Source: Hamiltosporidium tvaerminnensis FI-OER-3-3 (lineage: Eukaryota; Fungi; Microsporidia). Taken from it: a stretch of 64,000 nucleotides of DNA. The stretch is taken from NCBI GenBank assembly GCA_022605425.2, contig CM061248.1:744001-808000 (forward strand), in the 5' to 3' direction. The position numbers and the translations under genes were made by a program. Numbering within the stretch: position 1 is the first letter of the stretch; each line of letters starts with the position of its first letter. This document shows, piece by piece, positions 23,617 through 35,816 of the stretch. Under the pieces are notes generated by a model. The model saw only the letters and a program-made list of their open reading frames with translations, was not told the DNA's origin and ran no database searches.

Positions 23617-24087
23617 ATGAATTATGAAATGACCTCGTTATATAGAAATATAATAGAAGAAGTAAGTAAGAGTTTAGAATTAGATAAAGATGAGACATTT
23701 ATAGATATAAACATAATACAAGATATAAAGATGGCATGGACAAAGAAACTGAAAGAGTATACCAGTCCACCTGACAGGGACTCTCTTTACTACTCGAATG
23801 TGTCTTCTTCGTATAATCCTTCGGAATTTAAATCTATGAAACGACTTATGGCTGAGGAAGTAGAGCGTGGTAGGGAAGTAGAGGCACGGTCTACTGTTTC
23901 TGATGATCTTTCTTTAACTGAGAGTGATGAAATTAAAGAAGAACATACTAATAATTATATGATGTGTTTGTATGAAAAGGTTACTAAGTCTAAAAATAAA
24001 TGGCGGTGTGCTTTTAAGCAGGGGTTTATTAATATTGGAAATACAGATTTTGCTTTTTCTACTGCCAACGGTGATTTGGAATGGTAA
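23617..24087 (+). CDS. TOA1: Transcription factor IIA large (alpha/beta) subunit
   Basis: N-terminal LYRNIIEEV helix and C-terminal MCLYEKVTKSKNKWRCAFKQGFINIGNTDFAFSTANGDLEW. Confidence 0.92.
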   Translation: MNYEMTSLYRNIIEEVSKSLELDKDETFIDINIIQDIKMAWTKKLKEYTSPPDRDSLYYSNVSSSYNPSEFKSMKRLMAEEVERGREVEARSTVSDDLSLTESDEIKEEHTNNYMMCLYEKVTKSKNKWRCAFKQGFINIGNTDFAFSTANGDLEW

Positions 24088-24137
24088 ATTTCTTTTGTCA
24101 TTTTTATTTTTGAGTTTTTCTTCCTTTAAATTTGGGT

Positions 24138-24332
24138 TATATTTCTTTTTTATTTGATAAATTAAAAATATATTGTTTATGCATCTTTATATTTCTTTAT
24201 ATTTGATAAATTAAAAATATATTGTTTATGCATCTTTATATTTCTTTTTTATTTGATAAATTAAAAATATATTGTTTATGCATCTTTATATTTCTTTTTT
24301 ATTTGATAAATTAAAAATATATTGTTTATGCA
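24138..24332. repeat. Minisatellite ~50 bp x ~4 between the convergent TOA1 and TAF13 3' ends
   Basis: GATAAATTAAAAATATATTGTTTATGCA at about 24156, 24205, 24255 and 24305. Confidence 0.92.
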
Positions 24333-24488
24333 AAGAATTTTTATTATTAAAGTTGAGAAAAAGATTAAAAAATATAAAAAAATTAAAAATTAGGATTAAA
24401 TACAATGTGACCTCATTATTACTCTTTTTCGTTTCTTCAATATTAAATTATAATAAATAAATGTTAAATTAAATTATAGACACTATTA

Positions 24489-24800
24489 CTACTCCTTTTC
24501 ATACTCTTCACAGTCAAATGCTTTTCTAGCATTTTTAAGTTCTTCATTAGTTTTAAGTAAATCTTTGGCTCTTCTATATTTACGTGTATCTCTTTTTAAA
24601 ATATAAAGAAGATCATCTGTTTTGGTTTTACCTTTTATTTTGGCCATATTTTGTGTCTTAATAAGAATATTTCTTAAATAATCTAAGACATAGTCTTGTA
24701 GTACTTCTGCTGTGTCCTGGCGTGGATTAGAAACATCGCCATAACCGTACATCATTAATCTTATTTCTTTTAAAAAATTTGTTTTTTTGTTTTCGTGCAT
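24489..24800 (-). CDS. TAF13: TFIID subunit 13 (histone fold)
   Basis: EIRLMMYGYGDVSNP..DTAEVL.DYV, K.DDLLYILKRD.RKY.R..DLL..NEELK.ARKAFD. Confidence 0.93.
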   Translation of the reverse strand: MHENKKTNFLKEIRLMMYGYGDVSNPRQDTAEVLQDYVLDYLRNILIKTQNMAKIKGKTKTDDLLYILKRDTRKYRRAKDLLKTNEELKNARKAFDCEEYEKE

Positions 24801-24846
24801 ACAATAAATATGGGGGCAGATGTTAACTTAAACAAAAATTAGTAGA

Positions 24847-25000
24847 AATAAAAAAAATTGTATTTTAAAATACTGAGGGATCATAAAATTTATGATATTT
24901 TCTAGAAATGAAGAAGTAAGGAAGAATAAAAAAAATTGTATTTTAAAATACTGAGGGATCATAAAATTAATGATATTTTCTAGAAATGAAGAAGTAAGGG
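24847..25000. repeat. Two ~79 bp tandem copies in the TAF13 upstream region
   Basis: AATAAAAAAAATTGTATTTTAAAATACTGAGGGATC...GAAGAAGTAAGG occurs twice. Confidence 0.88.
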
Positions 25001-25354
25001 AGAAATAAATACGAAGAAAACTAGGAATTTCAATGTGTAATCTTAATTAAAAAAGAAAGTTTTGTAAAAATAAATGTTAAAGTGTAATAAACCCTTAAGT
25101 CAAATAGTGCCTTATTTCATACACTTTTTGGTTGCTATAATTTCATTTTTTTTATAAAACCAATTTTCAAAGTTCATATGTAGCAATTCATCTCGTGTTA
25201 TCTTAAACATCTCTTACGTCAATTTTACTTCCCTTTTTTTCATTTACCCCTTTTGAACTTTGGCTTTGCTTGAAAGTAAGAAGAATGTTTAAAATATGAA
25301 CATTATATCAGATTAACTCTTTTTTTCTTTAACCCTTTTTTGTTCTGAGAAACA

Positions 25355-26045
25355 AACCAACTAAAACCTTTTGCATGGAAATAAATGTGTGAAATTAACC
25401 GTTTGATCATTGTTTTGATTTTTGACGGGATGAAAACCACACTATATTTTTGGTTGTTCCATTGATTTTGTAGGATAAGAAAAAGATCTATGAAATGGCG
25501 AAACTTTTTCTACAAATCTAATATGTTGTCTTTTATGTAATTTGATACTAAAACCCGCTGATATTGTAGGTGATTGCCATGTAAAAGCATGGAAACCTGG
25601 CCCTGCTCACTTGGATTAAAGGACTAGGCGCGTGGGAAATACAGAAAATATTACTTGGACAAAGACAGTAAAGCTATGTAACAGGTTATTCCGGTTTGGA
25701 TGAATTGTACTGTCTAAGTAGATTTATGTAAGTCGCTGAAATATATCTGAGTAAGAAATTTATCAGTAAGGAAAGGGTAAAGTAAATGAGAATGCTGCAT
25801 AGTCTAGGTGGAACCCAGGTTTGGTTTTAATATATGATCACACTTCATGCAACGAACAATAACGAACTCTGGGAAACTGCCTTGCTCTTTAACTGGGATC
25901 TACACACATTTTAGATGGAAGGTTTTGGTATTTAGGCATCGTAAGAGATACTGATGGATTGTTGGAGTAGCATTTATTATGTAAAACCAAGAACTGCGTT
26001 AATGTCATGAAAATACTAAAACCTTTGCCATTTTTTAAAAAATAT
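25355..26045 (+). repeat. ~700 bp dispersed element, copy B
   Basis: Colinear with A, C, D and E, e.g. GCCATGTAAAAGCATGGAAACCT, GAATGCTGCATAGTCT and GGGAAACTGCCT. Confidence 0.85.
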
Positions 26046-28167
26046 GGTTTTAAATGAATAGATTACATTATTAGAATAATTTTTAAATATATTTAAATAC
26101 CAAACTCTATCATAAATTAGTATTTAAAGTATTATAGTGGTTTAAGGAACTTAGTATTCAAATGGGAAATAATATTTGGAAGAGGAAAGGATTGTTTAAA
26201 TTATATATTTTTTTAAACTTGGATTTTTTCATTGATTAATTTTATATTTTTTCGTTTTTTAAAATCTTTACAAATACATGTAGTGAACACTATTTAGATA
26301 TATTTTTAAACAGAATGTTTTTAATATAAATTTTCTATTTTTATAGCATAATTAACATGAAACTTTGATTAGAAAGAATATAATGTGGGTGAGAATATCA
26401 AGCTTAGAAAATAGTAAAGTGTTTACACTACTTATGTATTTCTTCAATTATATCTAATTGGATTAATTAGCGTCTTTGATTTTGAAATATTATGTCTAAA
26501 AAATTCATGTTGATGGAATAGATTCTTATTATATCATATGTTTTCCTTCAATAGAAATAAAAAGTATAAAAAGCTTAAATTTATTAAATTTTATATTCAA
26601 AATAAAATATATCTTGCGAAAAATTCTGAGGACATATAAAGGTAAATCAAGGAGTATAAATATTTCGTTTAGATAAATTCTTAAACCACTTATTAAATTT
26701 CAATAAGTACTAGTTTTATAATATATATAAATACATTTTGATTTTAAAAGGTTTGTTTTAAGTGTAATATAGAACAGAATCTAAAATTATAGAAGTGTAA
26801 CTTTACTTAAACAACCATATCTATCTGACTGACTGACAAGTTACGGAATGTGAAAACTAGATTCAAAGTTAAATAGAGTTAGAAAAAAAGGATTATCGGT
26901 GTAAGTAATTGCTCTAAGAGACCCACGAAAATAAAATCTGGAATAACAGATTTTTGTTCTATTTTATAAATTGAAAAGTATTCATGAATGCAAAATACAA
27001 GAATAAACGTCGTTTTGATTTTAAAAATGATGAGAAATTTGGCGAAGTATACAAAAAAATATTTACTGATTATTATGAGTCGAGAATGTAACTAGTGGGT
27101 ATTATTTTGCTTTTATATAGCAGATACATATGTTTATGTTATAAAAACGAAATATTATCTAACTAGTTTGTAAGTCTTAGAAAACAATTTGGAAAAACAC
27201 AAATTTATATGGGAATAAAGAAAATGCACAGGCTAGAATTTAAGCTTTAATCCAAAATTCTCATTTAAATTCTATGATACAACATATACCCGAATCTTTG
27301 ATATTTCTCGGGATTCACTTTGAATCGTTGTAATAAAACTAAGATGTATGGATTGCAGCTAAGAATTGTATCTTATATATGAATGAGTAGTGGGATATTA
27401 GATTAATAAGTAGCCTTTAAAAATTTTTAATGATTTTAATTAGAATTTGAAATTTAATTTGAGGAAAAATATTTGAACCTAACATTTTTTTTACTCATTA
27501 ATATGCTTCAATTTGACCGAATCGAAACAAAATTCCCAGAAGAAAGCCTAAGGATGTCGATTAAAGAGACAAATGTCTATATTCTTATATTTTTACTAGT
27601 TAATTTCAAAAAGTGAAAAGATGATTTATAAATTCTAAAAACCAGTTATATATATTAAAGACGATACTAAGATCTGATCTATATTTAACTCAGAATATCA
27701 AATAAAGAATATATAGCCCTATGAGACAAAATAAATGAAAGCTATAGGAGCCATATTAATAAAACAACCAAATATTTGAAAAAAAAATTACAAATTTGTC
27801 ATTATTTTTTTGGCAATTTATATTTAGTATCTTAATCTAAGAAGTAAATGCTGATCTATAAAAATTTATCAAAACAAATAATTTTTTTTATGAAATTGAT
27901 TTCTTGATTTCTGTTCATATTAAATTAGAAAACAATTTATAAAAAATCAAGTTAAGAATGAGTTATATTTAATTGTTAAGAATATATTGATTCAATATTT
28001 TAGTATTGTGGTTTTTACAGTTTACTTTATTTGTTTTTCAATAATTTGATTTATCCTTGATAAAAAAGTATGAAAAATATATTTTTTGAAATTTTATTGA
28101 TAAAAAGATTGTAATTTTCTGTGTTTTCTTAATTGAAATATAAAATGTTTTTCTTTTACAGCCGATA

Positions 28168-29382
28168 ATGTTATTCTACTGGTATTTAGACAACATTCTT
28201 ATATTTTTACATTTTATAAGCAACACTAATCTTCTACGTGGTGATATTGATACAAGTAAAAAATATGATCTCAAGATACTGTATAATGAGATAGAGTTGT
28301 ATGTTAATGAAGCCAAGCTCAAAATTGGACTTTTCGATAAGTTCAGCAATGGTTTCTCAGTATTTTTCGCAGACGAAAAGGTAGAATGGCACGAGCTAAA
28401 TAAAATGATCAAGTTAAATTTTCTAAAATCAATGCAGTCTATTTATTTAAAAAGATTTTTACTTGATAAAAAGTTAAAAAGTTTAGAAGATATTTGTAGA
28501 TTAACTAAGAAAATGTTTAAAACATCCCAAAAATGTGACTTACAAACCAATGATCATAGAAATAAATTAACTGAGAAATATACTGATTTGTTCGAATTTC
28601 AGTCATATAGATGCGATACAATCGCAAATTCAAACATAAAAGCATTCTATTTAGGTACTTTAAAATATCTAGTTACGCATTTAATGGATGATGATTCAGG
28701 AATTTTCGACCAAAAAGATTTACTCGAAATATTTATTATTTCTTCAAGCAACCTTACCACCATAGAAAATGCAGCAATAAACAGAATTTTAAAGTTTTGT
28801 TTAGATAAATTTTTATCTGTTGGAGGAGTAGTTTACATATTCGTCAATAAAGTTCCAGAAAATTTTGTACAAACCATTATGAATCCGAATTTCACAAGAA
28901 TAGACATTAGTCATTTTTATTCCTTTAAAATACATTCTACTTTTACCGAAGATTCTCAAGAAAAAATAGTTTTCGAATCTTTCAAATCCCAAGATATTAG
29001 CAATAAACTATACATTATTGGATTAGATCAAAAAAAGATATATATGAAAAAAAGAGATATGAATTTCAATTGTAAAAAATATGATTTATTATTTTTTAAT
29101 TCTGTATCTGTAATCATGAACCAAGAGATAGGAAAATACGAAAAAAAAATCTATAAAATATTTGATGAAGATCATAAAATGATATATAAAGTTCAGTTTA
29201 TTTTATGGAATATTGGATATTTTATTGTAGATTTTGAAATTCATGAAAAAGAATTAAAAAATAAAATGTGTCTTCAAATTAAAGAATTTAATAATGAGTT
29301 TTACTTTTATAAATATAAGATTTTGTTTGATACCGATTTAAATATTATTTATCATAGAAGAGAGGAATGTGAAATATATTAA
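28168..29382 (+). CDS. Hypothetical protein with putative signal peptide
   Basis: 404-aa ORF with hydrophobic N-terminus. No domain recognised. Confidence 0.75.
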   Translation: MLFYWYLDNILIFLHFISNTNLLRGDIDTSKKYDLKILYNEIELYVNEAKLKIGLFDKFSNGFSVFFADEKVEWHELNKMIKLNFLKSMQSIYLKRFLLDKKLKSLEDICRLTKKMFKTSQKCDLQTNDHRNKLTEKYTDLFEFQSYRCDTIANSNIKAFYLGTLKYLVTHLMDDDSGIFDQKDLLEIFIISSSNLTTIENAAINRILKFCLDKFLSVGGVVYIFVNKVPENFVQTIMNPNFTRIDISHFYSFKIHSTFTEDSQEKIVFESFKSQDISNKLYIIGLDQKKIYMKKRDMNFNCKKYDLLFFNSVSVIMNQEIGKYEKKIYKIFDEDHKMIYKVQFILWNIGYFIVDFEIHEKELKNKMCLQIKEFNNEFYFYKYKILFDTDLNIIYHRREECEIY

Positions 29383-29719
29383 AATTTATATTTAATTGAA
29401 CTAGAATAATAAAAATTTATTTTATATAATTTTTTTGATACATTACCTGGTTTGATATTATCTTCTTGGTTTCATATTCTTTCCTTTAATTATTTTATCT
29501 GTAATGTTTTAAGCTGAGATAACAATTCTTGGACTTGTAGGAAGGCCTAAAAATCTAGTATTTTGTACCTTCGATTATAAGTTTTATTGTTTTTCATTGA
29601 TTGGAAAGCATAATTAGCGTTGTTTTTTTATTTATATATCTTTGCAGCTTGTATTACATTCATGTATGTCATCTTCCGGGCTCTCTATATTAATTTGGTC
29701 TTGAATTTCATTTCATTAA

Positions 29720-30230
29720 TCCTCATAAGAAATAGCCTCGAATTCTCTGTTAGATCCCATGATAATAATTGCGTATTTGTTCTTGTTTCCGTTTGGTACT
29801 TTTTAGAGTAAATTTTAGCATCTTTATGAGAATACCATCCCAAGGAAATTACATAAGAAATTATTTACATGTTAAATCTATAAAAATACTTATTTAATCT
29901 ATTTATTACATTCGGTTGCATGGTTTTTTGAATTTCAAAAATTCAAACCGAGTTATCTTATAAAAAAAATTGATCTCAACGAGTGATAACGTGTTTTTTT
30001 ATCGCCAAAATAAATATTGTTATTCTGCTATTAAGATTTTTGCTAATTTAATCAAATTATCGTGCCGATTTTATTTCTGCGTACAAATCCTGTTTACATT
30101 CTCATAAGTATGATTCCAAATTCATTTTGGAGATTCAAAATTATGTTTATTTAAGAGAACCAGACACAGATGCTGAGAATTTCGGTTTGAAGCCAAGTAC
30201 TTTTGTGTCCTAACATTTTTTTCAATCCTG
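29720..30230 (-). mobile_element. Older, heavily decayed fragment of a REL-type non-LTR retrotransposon
   Basis: Frameshifted minus-strand peptides KMLGH, YAEIK, NSRITIFILAIKKHVIT, ISYVIS/WDGILIK and FEAISYE occur in the order expected for the zinc-knuckle/REL region. The last two parallel ILYVTTW and VETISFD in the 9.6-10.2 kb copy. Confidence 0.6.
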
Positions 30231-30546
30231 AGCTTTAAATTTCCTACTTAAATTCCAAAATTACTAAATATTTTAAACTTTATTTTTGCATCTCAAACGA
30301 AAACCTTTATCTCGTGGCTTGATATATATTATTTCTAGCTAAAATACGCCATAATATCTTGAATATTTCGAATCTAATCTTTTTATATCTATTTTTAGTT
30401 TCCCAGTTAAGTTTTTTTCAATTTTTAATTTCGATATATATTTTTGCTACTCAATATTTAAATTAAAAATGATTTTTTCTTCGAATCTAAAAAATCCATC
30501 CAAAAATAAAAATACAAAAAAATAAAATATTCCTTCAACCTAATAA

Positions 30547-30843
30547 ATGTCCAAAACCATAGATCACAACAAAGGAATATGCAAGCAATACAAAGAAACT
30601 GGATATTGTAGTTATGGTGACTCTTGTGTGTTTCTACACGAAAGATATTTTGAAGACACACCTACACCACACCAAGAGAACACAGATACATGCATTTACT
30701 GTAAAAAACAATATTTTGAAAAAATAGTTACTCTTTGTAATCACAATTTCTGTTTAAATTGTGCAATTAAACAGTTTAAAGATAATGAACGGTGTTTTAT
30801 TTGTAAAAAGTTCACTTATGGACAGTTTAAACCACTTTTTTAG
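30547..30843 (+). CDS. CWC24: Pre-mRNA splicing factor Cwc24/RNF113A-like (CCCH + RING)
   Basis: ICKQYKETGYCSYGDSCVFLH CCCH finger followed by a CIYC..CNHNFCLNC..CFIC RING. Confidence 0.9.
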   Translation: MSKTIDHNKGICKQYKETGYCSYGDSCVFLHERYFEDTPTPHQENTDTCIYCKKQYFEKIVTLCNHNFCLNCAIKQFKDNERCFICKKFTYGQFKPLF

Positions 30844-30884
30844 ATATTTTAAATATCCTTCATCAGTGACCATCAATACAGTTA

Positions 30885-31045
30885 GATATTATCTATTTAT
30901 ATTCATTATTATCAATTATCAATTGTCTATTATAATATATCATTATCTATTATCAATTATCTATTATCTATTATCAATTATCTATTATCTATTTATATTC
31001 ATTATTATAATATATCATTATCTATTATTATCAAAATTTATTATT
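30885..31045. repeat. TATTATC-type low-complexity repeat downstream of CWC24
   Basis: Iterated TATTATCTATTATCAATTATC. Confidence 0.75.
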
Positions 31046-31647
31046 TTTATCAATTGATAGTTATTCCTAATAAAAATATTTCAAGTAATTTTTTTTTAAT
31101 TTATTTTTTATTCCTTTAAAAAATATTTTTTTAAAATAAATTTTTTTAATGACCCTTGATTTGCCAATGATGAGTATTCCATGCACCACTCTGAATAGTG
31201 TTGAAAGTGGGTTCTGAGGCTTTCTAACATTAAATAAAAATATTTTTAATAATATATCCTTCTTCATATATATTCCTACAATTTATCTTTATGATTATTA
31301 CACATCATCTCATTAAATAATATCTTCATTTTTACAATAAAATAAATAATCTCTGATACAGTTCAAATGAATTTATTTCTTTTAAAATAGTTCTTTCGAA
31401 TAAATATTTTAACTAAATATTTCAATAAATCATTAAATAAAAAGTTTTTGTAATTCTTTATTTAATTTTAGATACTTCCAATTAAATTTCTAAAAATGTA
31501 AAATAATAAACTACAATTTAATAATTTCAAGCATAAAAAATACTAAAAGATATTGCGAGAAATATATTTTATTAAATTATACTGTAGAAAATACTAAGAG
31601 AGAAAAAAAGAAAAAATAATAAAAGATATTGCGAGAAATTCATTTTA

Positions 31648-32094
31648 TTAACTTGTCTTGTATATAAGAATAAGAGAGAAAATAAAAGAAAAAACCAAAA
31701 CGACTTCTACTGTAGCTATCAACAAAACAAAAGAAAAGAAGAAAGAAGGCATTTGATTCAGAACTTTGAAAGAAGTTTTAGATATTTTACCCATACTGTT
31801 ACCTATAAACAGTCCAGTAAGTCCATAAATTAGAGAAGCACCAAAATGTTGAAAAGCAATTTCTATGGTATATTCTTTGGTCATTGCAGACATTATAGCA
31901 ATAGCTAATATAAATGCGTACATAAATACTGTAGATGCCATTATTAGTGCAACGTATGATTGTGTTATTATTGATCTACGTTGGCAATATAGTATTGAAG
32001 ATGTACCGCTTAGTGCTATTCCTTCACTTGCTGCGTATGCACTTAATCCTACTAAAATTACTATACCTATTGAACCCATTAAATGTGCAGACAT
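31648..32094 (-). CDS. V-type ATPase proteolipid (c-ring) subunit, divergent
   Basis: 148 aa with four hydrophobic helices. IMASTVFMYAFILA, GASLIYGLTGL, and a Glu in the last helix (IATVEVVLVFS). CCCC immediately upstream. Confidence 0.8.
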   Translation of the reverse strand: MSAHLMGSIGIVILVGLSAYAASEGIALSGTSSILYCQRRSIITQSYVALIMASTVFMYAFILAIAIMSAMTKEYTIEIAFQHFGASLIYGLTGLFIGNSMGKISKTSFKVLNQMPSFFFSFVLLIATVEVVLVFSFIFSLILIYKTS

Positions 32095-33723
32095 GTAGGG
32101 GTCACGGCTTTTGTCTTAATTATGTCTTTACCTAGTAAATAATATTTTAAATATTTTTTAAAATATTTTTTATGAAATATTTTTTATGATTTGTGATGGG
32201 TAAAACTAAAAAGACAAATTAGAAAATATTTAGACAAATATAACTGATAAAATTTGAAATAAATTTATGTTTAAAAGAAAAAAGCATGGAAAGAACAATT
32301 ATTTACTTAAAAGGAAACAATATAGGCAGATTTTTACATAGTATTGATCGAAATAAACATTATTTTCACATATGTACGTATCGATATTCATCTTTGTTTA
32401 ATATTACGTTTTCCCCACTTTTTCAGTGTGAATAATGATTAAATCAAAAGATAATATTAAATAGATTTTTTAATAAAAAAATTTATAGATAGGTATGAAA
32501 ATACTTGGTAAAAGGTAAATGAGTATTACTTTGGATTTTCTTTATGAAAGATATACGAGTTAAATCAATGCTCTTTAAAAACCAATATATTTATTTAACC
32601 ATATAATGGAAAAGTGTAACCAAAATTTTACTTTTAGTTTCAAATACTACCCCATAAACCATTTTGACAAGAAGAATAAACTATAAAAATAAATTAATAT
32701 TCCATTCGCTGCTTGTATCTTGAAGATATTTTTGTTTTAGATACAATCTCCGAATAAACCGAAAGGAAAATATTAAAATGTGATAAAAAAAAGCTTTGTC
32801 GACCAAATTTAAGAGCATAATTTGATATTTTAAGTTTTGAATGAATTTTTTGAAAAAATATTTGATTTTAACGAAATTGCTCAAAAAAGAATTTTTTATG
32901 TAAATGAACCATTTTTAGGTTTCATTTTATCATCCAGACTGCACAGGCATGCTAATATAATAAATTAAAAAAGAGAAGTTAATATTTGCTATGAATCAAA
33001 ACATAGAAGTAATACTCTTTTATCAAGAGATTTTTATATCATTCTTTAGAAGAGCTATGGCTTAGTACCTTTATATACCGAACACAATTGGTGCAACAAA
33101 TTAGAATATTTTTAACTTAAATCAAAAGAAATGAAACGATTAGTAAGATGCTTGTATAACAATCTAGTCTTTAAATATAAATGAATTTAAATTTATAATT
33201 GATTAGAATTTTAAATATTTAAGATTGATATACAATATGTTATTTGAAGTTTGAATCTTAGAATATGTCTTTTCTTAGGTACACCATAAGCCTTCCTACT
33301 AATTTATCAAAAATAACATAAACATCGAATTACTAAAATATCATTTTTTTATATCAGATTCATCGCAGCCTTCCCTTCCTTGGCCGAGGATATTTATATA
33401 ATAGCTTTGCTTCTTAATCTATAACAATATTTATTATAAAGTCTAACTAGAAACTCAAAGATTAAAAATAAAATTAATTTTTGAAGCTCATATGTAATGA
33501 AAAATACTATTAAAACGGTTCATTTCTGTTTTATATAAATCACTTGGTAATTTTAATACAAAAAAACAAGAATATCAAACTTATACAATGTAATAGTAAA
33601 GTTTGCAATAAAGAGGATTTACACTAAAATAAAAAGAAGATTTATCAAGATATTACGCTCAAATTAAGCATAGATTGATGTTATTAACAAAACAAATTAA
33701 TATAATTTTGTTTTTCTTAAATA

Positions 33724-34427
33724 AATATCACATATTTTTATAAATGTGGTATATGTTATATCTTTTTAGTATATTAATGCGTTTCTAGCTTTAACATGGA
33801 TTTAACTTCTTCAACATACTTTCATTCGATAGATGCCTACATCTAAAATATTTTCATCCAAAAAGTGGATAGAACTCAATTAATAGGCAGTGAAATTGTC
33901 CTGGTTTTGCTAATGTCCGTCGGCTGGAGTCTGATTACAGGTTGAAACCCACTTTAGCTTCCAGAATATCACCGGAATTTTTACTTACACAAAGAATCAT
34001 ACGGAATCACTTTCTCCAAAGATATATCTAGGTGATTTACTTAAAGCATACCTTACCGTTGCGATGTCATATCAACAGGTATAATGTTCTCTTTAGTATC
34101 ACTGGCTTGTATAAAGAGTATGTATATTTGTATCTGCCAAGCACGGGGCTTTTAATCCGAGTGATTAAAGGCATTTTTCTATGCTTTTGTCTGACCATTA
34201 AGCAAAATTTTAATCGTGGTTTCCAATCTAGTTCCATAAAAAACTACAAACGTACTCTCGCGACAAAATTTCAGACGCTTAAAAAAAAATACCTGCGCCT
34301 AACTATAAAAATTTCTATAGACTAAGCGAAAATGCAGATTGTTTTTCATCAAATCAAAAATTTAAACATTTTTCCTCCCAATTTCTTCTTATTTTTACAA
34401 AGAGATGTTTTTTAATGTATTAATCCA
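33724..34427 (-). repeat. ~700 bp dispersed element, copy C (most diverged)
   Basis: Same orientation as D. Shares TATCACAT..TTTT, GATGCCTACATC, GCGATGTCATA.CAACAGGTATAA, CCGAGTGA and CAATCT.GTT.CATAAAAA.CTACAAA. Confidence 0.75.
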
Positions 34428-35816
34428 CCATCTCACTTACGAAATCAACATAATAATAGAAGAAATAGAAAAAAATCACTCTATTTAGCAAAATATGTAC
34501 AAATCTCTTTAAATTAAGCCAGACTACTTAAAAAGGGAGTATATATTCTATAATTTTGAAAGGAAAGTTAATCGTTTTCAAAAAACGTTTTTCCACATTT
34601 TTTTAGCGAATATATTCTCTATGCTATTTATATTTAGAACAGTAAAAATCACGATTTATGAAATATTTTAGTTATAAAAGGGTGTGCTATAGCGATACTA
34701 GAATTCTCATGGCAGACAATGTAAACATGTTTGCGTATAATAGATTAATTGTTTGCTTCTTTAGTATCAATATTTATATCTCGAGATTGAAACAAACTTC
34801 ATTTGGCTGTGAAAATTAGAAGAAATCACCCAAGATCCAATTATTTCCATTTATTTTAAGAATTTATTTCATTTGCTTCTATAAATAAAAGTATCATTAC
34901 TTTTATTTAATAGTTCTTTTAAATCAGTTACAAACAAATTTACATTTATTTCATATTAAAATAATTCTTTTGCACTATTAACTATTAAAAGTTGTTGTAT
35001 AGAAACTTGAAAAAATACCGATATAATGTTATTTAAACTTCTTTTTCAAATTCAAAATTAATTTAAATTAAATCAAATTTAAAAAACATTATTTTTTTTC
35101 AGTTGGTATAAAATACTTAGAGTTATAAAAAATATTTCATTTAAGTTCGTGTAATTTAACTCATATTTAAAAAAAAGAACTTTATATTTCTTACCAATAA
35201 AAAAATATAAAAATTAAATTTAATTAATCTATTTACAATTTTAGACATCAATAGTTATAAATATCAGAAAGATCACAAAAAAAGACCGAGAAATTATACC
35301 ATATTTTAGCACATAAATCATTTTTAAACAAGTAAATCTTAAGGTAAGCAAGATTTCTAAACTGCACAGTTACATATATTTCATCAGAAATATTCTTTTA
35401 GAATTTTTATGGGAATTCCTGAATATTTTTTTTAAAAAAAATTCTTAATTAAATTATTTGTTATATTCAAATAATCTAACAAAATTTTTAATCATGAATA
35501 TGAGATTTAGGGCTTCTAAGTTGTACCTCTGAACTTTTTACTTTTAGTTTTTGATTTCCATATTTTTAAATTGGATTTATATAACTTTTAATTAATAACA
35601 AACAAAGATTATATGTTTGAATTATTTTAGAAAGTTTTGCTAACAAATTCATTGAAAAATATTTCAGTTGAATATAAAATTAAATTTTTTTATTTATTTT
35701 TTAAAGATAAAAAAACAGTTATAAATATTAAACGTCTTTGATTTCTTTTTTTATGTTTATATTTCATTAAAATTTTCAAAGTTTTTTGATATAAGTTTTT
35801 TTGAAATAAGGGTAAT

